Shown in pieces: positions 56,940-64,000 of a DNA stretch of 64,000 nucleotides. The notes under the pieces were generated by a model. It saw only the letters and a list, made by a program, of their open reading frames with translations, searched no databases and was not told where the DNA came from. Each line of letters opens with the position of its first letter. The stretch's first letter is position 1. A program made the translations under genes and the position numbers. The stretch is from Escherichia coli (GTDB lineage: Bacteria; Pseudomonadota; Gammaproteobacteria; Enterobacterales; Enterobacteriaceae), in NCBI RefSeq assembly GCF_009931435.1, contig NZ_CP043414.1. One strand, given 5' to 3'.

Positions 56940-59784
56940 TTGAAATACCTTGCTTCTTTTCGTACAACCCTGAAAGCCTCGCGCTACATGTTCAGAGCAT
57001 TGGCGTTAGTGCTCTGGCTGTTGATTGCTTTTTCATCCGTTTTTTACATCGTTAATGCGTTGCATCAGCGAGAATCGGAAATTCGTCAGGAATTTAATCT
57101 GAGTTCCGATCAGGCTCAGCGCTTTATTCAACGCACCTCTGATGTGATGAAAGAGCTGAAGTACATAGCTGAAAATCGCTTATCGGCAGAAAACGGTGTG
57201 CTTTCGCCGCGTGGACGAGAAACGCAGGCAGATGTGCCAGTGTTTGAACCACTGTTTGCCGACTCCGATTGTTCCGCAATGAGTAACACCTGGCGAGGTT
57301 CTCTGGAGTCATTGGCGTGGTTTATGCGCTACTGGCGCGATAATTTCTCTGCGGCTTACGATCTCAACCGGGTATTTTTAATCGGCAGCGATAACCTTTG
57401 CATGGCCAATTTCGGTCTGCGTGATATGCCAGTGGAACGCGATACCGCGTTGAAAGCTTTGCATGAACGCATCAATAAATATCGAAATGCACCACAAGAT
57501 GATAGCGGCAGTAACCTCTACTGGATCAGCGAAGGTCCGCGCCCTGGCGTCGGGTATTTTTACGCCTTGACGCCAGTTTATCTGGCGAACCGGTTGCAGG
57601 CGCTTTTAGGTGTTGAGCAGACCATCAGGATGGAGAACTTCTTCTTACCTGGTACGTTGCCGATGGGGGTAACCATTCTTGATGAAAATGGTCATACCCT
57701 GATTTCGCTTACCGGACCGGAAAGCAAGATTAAGAGCGATCCTCGCTGGATGCAGGAACGTTCCTGGTTTGGCTATACGGAAGGGTTCCGGGAACTGGTG
57801 CTGAAGAAAAACCTGCCACCTTCATCGTTAAGCATCGTCTATTCGGTGCCGGTTGATAAGGTGCTGGAGCGCATTCGCATGTTGATCCTTAACGCGATTT
57901 TACTGAATGTGCTTGCCGGAGCCGCGTTGTTTACTCTCGCACGGATGTACGAGCGGCGTATATTCATTCCTGCGGAAAGCGACGCCCTGCGACTGGAAGA
58001 GCACGAGCAGTTTAATCGCAAGATTGTCGCTTCCGCGCCAGTGGGTATCTGCATTTTGCGTACCGCTGATGGCGTTAATATTTTAAGTAACGAACTTGCG
58101 CATACCTATCTCAATATGCTTACGCATGAGGATCGCCAACGACTGACGCAAATTATTTGTGGTCAGCAGGTCAATTTTGTTGATGTCCTGACCAGCAACA
58201 ATACCAATCTGCAAATCAGCTTCGTCCATTCGCGCTATCGTAATGAAAACGTGGCTATTTGTGTGCTGGTGGATGTTTCTTCGCGCGTGAAGATGGAAGA
58301 GTCGTTGCAGGAGATGGCACAAGCAGCGGAACAGGCGAGTCAGTCAAAATCGATGTTCCTTGCCACCGTAAGTCATGAGCTGCGAACGCCGTTGTATGGC
58401 ATTATCGGTAACCTGGATCTGTTGCAAACCAAAGAGCTGCCAAAAGGCGTCGATCGTCTGGTGACGGCAATGAACAACTCTTCCAGCCTGTTGTTGAAAA
58501 TTATCAGCGATATTCTCGATTTCTCGAAAATTGAATCAGAACAGTTGAAGATCGAACCGCGTGAGTTTTCACCGCGTGAAGTGATGAACCACATCACCGC
58601 CAACTATTTACCGCTGGTGGTACGCAAGCAGCTAGGCTTGTACTGCTTTATTGAACCGGATGTGCCAGTGGCCTTAAATGGCGACCCAATGCGTTTACAG
58701 CAGGTCATCTCCAACCTGTTGAGTAACGCCATAAAATTCACCGATACCGGCTGTATAGTTCTGCATGTTCGCGCTGATGGCGATTATCTCTCTATCCGTG
58801 TTCGCGATACCGGCGTGGGGATTCCGGCGAAAGAAGTGGTGCGCTTGTTTGATCCCTTCTTCCAGGTCGGAACGGGCGTACAGCGTAACTTCCAGGGGAC
58901 TGGTCTGGGTCTGGCGATTTGTGAAAAACTGATCAGCATGATGGACGGCGACATCTCGGTAGATTCAGAACCGGGAATGGGCAGCCAGTTTACCGTGCGT
59001 ATTCCGTTGTACGGCGCTCAGTACCCGCAGAAAAAAGGCGTGGAAGGGTTGAGTGGTAAACGCTGCTGGCTGGCGGTCCGCAATGCGTCGCTCTGTCAGT
59101 TCCTGGAAACCAGTTTGCAGCGCAGCGGCATCGTCGTTACAACATACGAAGGGCAGGAACCGACTCCCGAAGATGTGTTAATCACTGACGAGGTAGTGAG
59201 CAAAAAATGGCAGGGTAGAGCGGTAGTGACCTTCTGTCGTCGCCATATTGGTATTCCGCTGGAGAAAGCGCCAGGGGAGTGGGTACACAGTGTGGCTGCA
59301 CCGCATGAGCTACCGGCATTGTTGGCGCGTATTTATTTGATCGAGATGGAGAGCGATGATCCTGCTAACGCTCTGCCGTCGACGGACAAAGCGGTCAGCG
59401 ATAACGACGATATGATGATTCTGGTCGTGGATGATCATCCGATTAACCGGCGTCTGCTTGCAGATCAGTTGGGATCGTTGGGTTATCAATGTAAAACTGC
59501 GAATGATGGCGTCGATGCGCTTAATGTACTTAGCAAGAATCATATCGATATCGTGCTTAGCGACGTCAACATGCCAAATATGGATGGTTACCGCTTGACG
59601 CAACGCATTCGTCAGTTGGGGCTGACGTTGCCGGTAATCGGAGTAACTGCTAATGCGCTGGCTGAAGAGAAGCAGCGGTGTCTGGAGTCCGGTATGGACA
59701 GTTGCCTGTCGAAGCCGGTAACGCTGGATGTTATAAAACAGACACTGACGGTATATGCCGAGAGGGTCCGGAAATCGCGGGAAT

Positions 59785-59789
<5 letters not shown>
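56940..59789 (+). CDS. rcsC: hybrid sensor histidine kinase RcsC (949 aa)
   Basis: 949-aa ORF with periplasmic domain, HisKA (SHELRTP), HATPase and C-terminal receiver domain. Confidence 0.95.
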
Positions 59790-59982
<193 letters not shown>

Positions 59983-59987
59983 GATGA

Positions 59988-60638
59988 TTAGTCTTTATCT
60001 GCCGGACTTAAGGTCACAGAAGAGAGATAATTCAGCAGAGCAATATCGTTCTCGACACCCAGCTTCATCATCGCAGATTTCTTCTGGCTACTGATGGTTT
60101 TGATACTGCGGTTCAGCTTTTTAGCGATCTCGGTCACCAGGAAACCTTCCGCAAACAGGCGCAGAACTTCACTCTCTTTTGGCGAGAGACGCTTGTCACC
60201 GTAACCACCAGCACTGATTTTTTCCAACAGGCGAGAAACGCTTTCCGGGGTAAATTTCTTCCCTTTCTGCAGCGCGGCGAGAGCTTTCGGCAGATCGGTC
60301 GGTGCACCTTGTTTCAGCACGATCCCTTCGATATCCAGATCCAATACCGCACTAAGAATCGCCGGGTTGTTGTTCATGGTCAGAACGATGATCGACAGGC
60401 TTGGGAAATGGCGCTTGATGTACTTGATTAAGGTAATTCCATCGCCGTACTTATCGCCAGGCATGGAGAGATCGGTAATCAACACATGCGCATCCAGTTT
60501 CGGCAGGTTGTTGATCAGTGCTGTAGAGTCTTCAAATTCGCCGACAACATTCACCCACTCAATTTGCTCAAGTGATTTGCGAATACCGAACAAGACTATC
60601 GGATGGTCATCGGCAATAATTACGTTCATATTGTTCAT
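59988..60638 (-). CDS. rcsB: response regulator RcsB (216 aa)
   Basis: Start at MNNMNVIIADDHPIV; receiver domain plus LuxR-type HTH. Confidence 0.95.
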   Translation of the reverse strand: MNNMNVIIADDHPIVLFGIRKSLEQIEWVNVVGEFEDSTALINNLPKLDAHVLITDLSMPGDKYGDGITLIKYIKRHFPSLSIIVLTMNNNPAILSAVLDLDIEGIVLKQGAPTDLPKALAALQKGKKFTPESVSRLLEKISAGGYGDKRLSPKESEVLRLFAEGFLVTEIAKKLNRSIKTISSQKKSAMMKLGVENDIALLNYLSSVTLSPADKD

Positions 60639-60654
60639 GTAATAGGCTACCTTG

Positions 60655-63327
60655 CTACAGCAAGCTCTTGACATAACTGTCAATGTCGCTGATGTATTTT
60701 TCTATTCCTGGAACATCCTTCTCACGAATCAGATGTTCCAGCGTTTCACATAACTGCTTGCCGGGTACCAGATTTAGCATGGCAAATACGCCTTTAAGAC
60801 GATGAGCCGTTTGGGCTAACGCAGCAAAGTCACTGGTTGCTGCTTCAGTATACAGCCTCTTAACATCATCCGGTACTGTGTCTACAAAGAGCGCATAATA
60901 GCCGCTGGCATGGAGTTGCGCATTTTCATCTCCGCCCAGAGGCGATTCTGTCACCTCTTCCTGCGCCAGTTGCACTTCAATTAATTGTAAGACCGCTTCC
61001 TGCATAGCGTTGCTCATATTGAAGTTGACGCACAATTGACCAGGCCCAATTTCCCGTACGCCAGACTCATCATCGCTTAAAAGCAAGCCAGAGGCAGTAA
61101 GATTAGACGGATTATCCGTTAAAAAGATATCATAATCTTGACTAATTAATCTTTCATCGGGTGTGATACAGGTTGCACCCCAATTTTCTAACTGGCGAGT
61201 GACAATATTCCGAATTTCTGCTGAAGTGACATCCACCATTACGCAGACATCATCCAGTAAACGCTCTTCTTCCTCTTCAACTTCCGGATCAGCTGCGAGC
61301 ATTTTGATATGCACAGAATAGCGTGTACCAAGCCCGTCCCGCGTTTTGATGTTTAAATGACCGCCCAGTTTACGCGCCAGTTGATCGCTCAACCAGAATG
61401 CCAGCGGGTCGGCCTTGCCATAGCGATCGTTTTGGGTCCGGTTGATAAACGGGAAGTGCAAATTATCCATTTCATGAATGCTTACGCCTTCACCGGTGTC
61501 CAGAATGCGGAAAGTCAGGCGGTCTTCGGACGATTCATCCTGATCAACCTCAAGGGTGATTTTTCCCAATTGTGTTGAGGTCACGGCATATTGCATCAAT
61601 AGCAGCAAAATACGGCGTAAGGCATCGCGATCGCCACGGCGCATATCGTGTGCTTTCAGATGATTGTTAATCAGCAGTTGCAGTCCTTTACGCTTGATGG
61701 CAGGCAATACTGAAGGCACAACTTCATCAATCAAATCCTGCACGGAGAACAGCTCCGTCTCACTTTTCCAGCTATCGTCCGCAAGCATATTCGCTAACTG
61801 TATTTCATCGACCAGCCGCACCAGCACATCTGCCTGATTCGCCAGTTGTTTGCCTTCCGGGGCGTTGAGTTTAGCCGCGCTCTCCGCCAGGGACTGTGCG
61901 GGTTCTTTCAGCGCATCGCCAATGTTTTTCATAAAGGTCATCCGCCCCTGCTGGTTTTTCTCATACAGACGCTGCGCCTGCTTGAGTTTCTTGTTTACCA
62001 GCACTTCGCGATCCTGATCGCGAATAATGAAAATTTGTGTGCGCGGCGCAACCTGGCTGCGGAACATGCGGATCTCATACAGCTCGTTATTGATCGTCGC
62101 CTGAATAATCCCCTGATGCTGCTCCGCCATGGTAGTGATGTTTTGCAGATTTAAATGCGGCAGCAAATGATCGGCAATTTTGTTACTTATGACAGTGCGG
62201 TTCGATTCCTGATCGTGAACCAGCAAGCCGAGCGGCAGCAGTGAGACTATCTCTTCATTAATTGCCCGTAAAATGCGCAATTCGTTATTGACCGCCGTGC
62301 TGGGGACGCTTTCTGTACTGCGGCTGGAGAAATGGCGGAATGTGGTATAGCCAAATAACGCCAGCGCCAGCAAACCGATGTTCAGCAGCAGTGGCAGCAG
62401 AATGTTTTGCAACGTATCCAGCAATAAGGTGCCATAAGGAACCTGCCAGACCAGGCGCATATCGGTAGAGTTGAGTGCCGAGGAGATTTCAATCTTCGTA
62501 CTGTTAAAGTGGATACTGACGCTATCCGTCCCTTCTTTCTCATTTTCATTGTTTCCCGTTGCCGTCGCGTCTGGCTCAAGGCGGAAACTGTCCAGCGGCA
62601 TACCCGGTGGGATCAAATCATTAATCGGCAGATCAAAAGCAACGACCGTTGCCAGATGTCCCGGCTGGTTGAACGTGGTACGCAAGGTAAAGTAATGACC
62701 GTTCTGCCAGGCCAGGCGGCGCAGGTTAGAAAAACTTTCGCGTTCATCGAGCGCGTTGGCCTGTTGCAACATCTCTGCGCGACGTGAATCAACAATGTCG
62801 CTGACGGTCGATTCTTTAAATCCGGAGGTGAGATCTTTGAGGGGCAGGGTCGAGATCAGTACCAGACTGTTATCCTGACCATTCAGGTAATACATCGACC
62901 ACGGTATATTTTCTGCGCCCCATAACGTGTCCAGATAGGTGGACATCCGTTGAGTCATCTCAAGCGTTGAGTTGTCGTGAGAGCCAAAGATTAACGCTTC
63001 CGTTTTGCGGCGTGGTTTTTCCAGATAGTAGACATCCTGTTTCAGGCGCGTCTCTTGTAAACCTTCGCCGGAGGAGGGGGAGGTCGTCGCGGCAATGTTG
63101 TCGTAGATCTGCCAGGTCACATAACGCCAGGTATCGACGCGCTTTTGGATAGCGTGGGTAATGTCGACAATCTGGTAACTTTTATCTTTCAGCCAGGCGT
63201 TAACGGCGCTTTGTACCATTACACCCATCGTCACCAGTAACACAATGATCAACAGTAAAAAGAAGCGGGTAATGCTCCCCGGTAGGAGTGAAAAGCGGGT
63301 CGTGGCCGTTGTCTCTTTCTGACGCAT
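60655..63327 (-). CDS. rcsD: phosphotransfer intermediate RcsD (890 aa)
   Basis: 890-aa ORF with N-terminal TM region, degenerate kinase-like domain and C-terminal HPt domain. Confidence 0.95.
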   Translation of the reverse strand: MRQKETTATTRFSLLPGSITRFFLLLIIVLLVTMGVMVQSAVNAWLKDKSYQIVDITHAIQKRVDTWRYVTWQIYDNIAATTSPSSGEGLQETRLKQDVYYLEKPRRKTEALIFGSHDNSTLEMTQRMSTYLDTLWGAENIPWSMYYLNGQDNSLVLISTLPLKDLTSGFKESTVSDIVDSRRAEMLQQANALDERESFSNLRRLAWQNGHYFTLRTTFNQPGHLATVVAFDLPINDLIPPGMPLDSFRLEPDATATGNNENEKEGTDSVSIHFNSTKIEISSALNSTDMRLVWQVPYGTLLLDTLQNILLPLLLNIGLLALALFGYTTFRHFSSRSTESVPSTAVNNELRILRAINEEIVSLLPLGLLVHDQESNRTVISNKIADHLLPHLNLQNITTMAEQHQGIIQATINNELYEIRMFRSQVAPRTQIFIIRDQDREVLVNKKLKQAQRLYEKNQQGRMTFMKNIGDALKEPAQSLAESAAKLNAPEGKQLANQADVLVRLVDEIQLANMLADDSWKSETELFSVQDLIDEVVPSVLPAIKRKGLQLLINNHLKAHDMRRGDRDALRRILLLLMQYAVTSTQLGKITLEVDQDESSEDRLTFRILDTGEGVSIHEMDNLHFPFINRTQNDRYGKADPLAFWLSDQLARKLGGHLNIKTRDGLGTRYSVHIKMLAADPEVEEEEERLLDDVCVMVDVTSAEIRNIVTRQLENWGATCITPDERLISQDYDIFLTDNPSNLTASGLLLSDDESGVREIGPGQLCVNFNMSNAMQEAVLQLIEVQLAQEEVTESPLGGDENAQLHASGYYALFVDTVPDDVKRLYTEAATSDFAALAQTAHRLKGVFAMLNLVPGKQLCETLEHLIREKDVPGIEKYISDIDSYVKSLL

Positions 63328-63638
63328 TCGTGTTTATGACCTGTTAAAACTTCGCGAAGTGATAGGGCAGTATAAAGGGTACAGTGTGAAATTCCAGACT
63401 CTTACCTGATTGATGATTCTCTATTCTCCCGTGATATTTATCATCCTGCATTGGGGGAAATAGATGTACAAGCGCCATTTTGCTGTACAAATAACCTACA
63501 AAAAGCCTAACGAAATTAATTGCAAATAAACGAAGATTGCTGGAAATTATGCTGATGTTAATTATTTGTGAAATAGTTAACAAGCGTTATAGTTTTTCTG
63601 TGGTAGCACAGAATAATGAAAAGTGTGTAAAGAAGGGT

Positions 63639-63731
63639 AAAAAAAACCGGATGCGAGGCATCCGGTTGAAATAGGGGTAAACAGACATTCAGAAATGAAT
63701 GACGGTAATAAATAAAGTTAATGATGATAGC
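63639..63731 (-). ncRNA. micF: MicF antisense sRNA (93 nt)
   Basis: The reverse complement reads GCTATCATCATTAACTTTATTTATTACCGTCATTCATTTCTGAATGTCTGTTTACCCC...CCGGATGCCTCGCATCCGG followed by eight T: the MicF sequence with its terminator hairpin. Confidence 0.85.
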
Positions 63732-63887
63732 GGGAGATATTCTAGTTGCGAGTGAAGGTTTTGTTTTGACATTCAGTGCTGTCAAATACTTAAGAATAAG
63801 TTATTGATTTTAACCTTGAATTATTATTGCTTGATGTTAGGTGCTTATTTCGCCATTCCGCAATAATCTTAAAAAGTTCCCTTGTAT

Positions 63888-63990
63888 TTACATTCTGAAA
63901 CATCTATAGCGATAAATGAAACATCTTAAAAGTTTTAGTATCATATTCGTGTTGGATTATTCTGCATTTTTGGGGAGAATGGACTTGCCG
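63888..63990 (+). promoter_or_regulatory. ompC promoter region with OmpR-binding sites (ompC coding sequence lies beyond the window)
   Basis: TTTACATTCTGAAACATCTATAGCGATAAATGAAACATCTTAAAAGTTTTAGTATCATATTCGTGTTGG matches the ompC upstream OmpR-box region as I recall it; divergent from micF. Confidence 0.6.
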
Positions 63991-64000
63991 ACTGATTAAT

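Overview
This window is a contiguous stretch of Escherichia coli chromosome, reverse-complemented relative to the usual K-12 map, running menC'-menE-pmrD-arnFETDACB-ais-nudI-yfaZ-yfaY-rhmRDTA-rpnB(yfaD)-glpCBA/glpTQ-[orphan ORF]-yfaH'-inaA-yfaE-nrdBA-yfaL-ubiG-gyrA-yfaATSQP-atoBEAD-atoCS-rcsC-rcsB-rcsD-micF-(ompC promoter). All gene calls rest on recognising the translated ORFs and local start-codon/RBS context; no database search was run. Almost everything is well-known core genome. The main candidate for something undescribed is a single AT-rich orphan ORF (about 30% GC against about 51% in the flanks) between glpQ and the yfaH LysR remnant, with no homology I can recognise and no mobility genes; to my recollection it is absent from K-12, which is unverified. 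Second-tier items are an intact five-gene alpha-2-macroglobulin-like operon (yfaA-yfaT-yfaS-yfaQ-yfaP, with yfaS uninterrupted), a strong internal Shine-Dalgarno plus ATG inside rpnB that would give a 57-aa C-terminal protein, a perfect 39-bp palindrome with a sigma54 promoter upstream of atoD, a tandemly duplicated REP unit between rcsC and rcsB, and a proline-rich tandem repeat in the yfaL autotransporter. No tRNA, rRNA, CRISPR array, IS element or prophage was seen.
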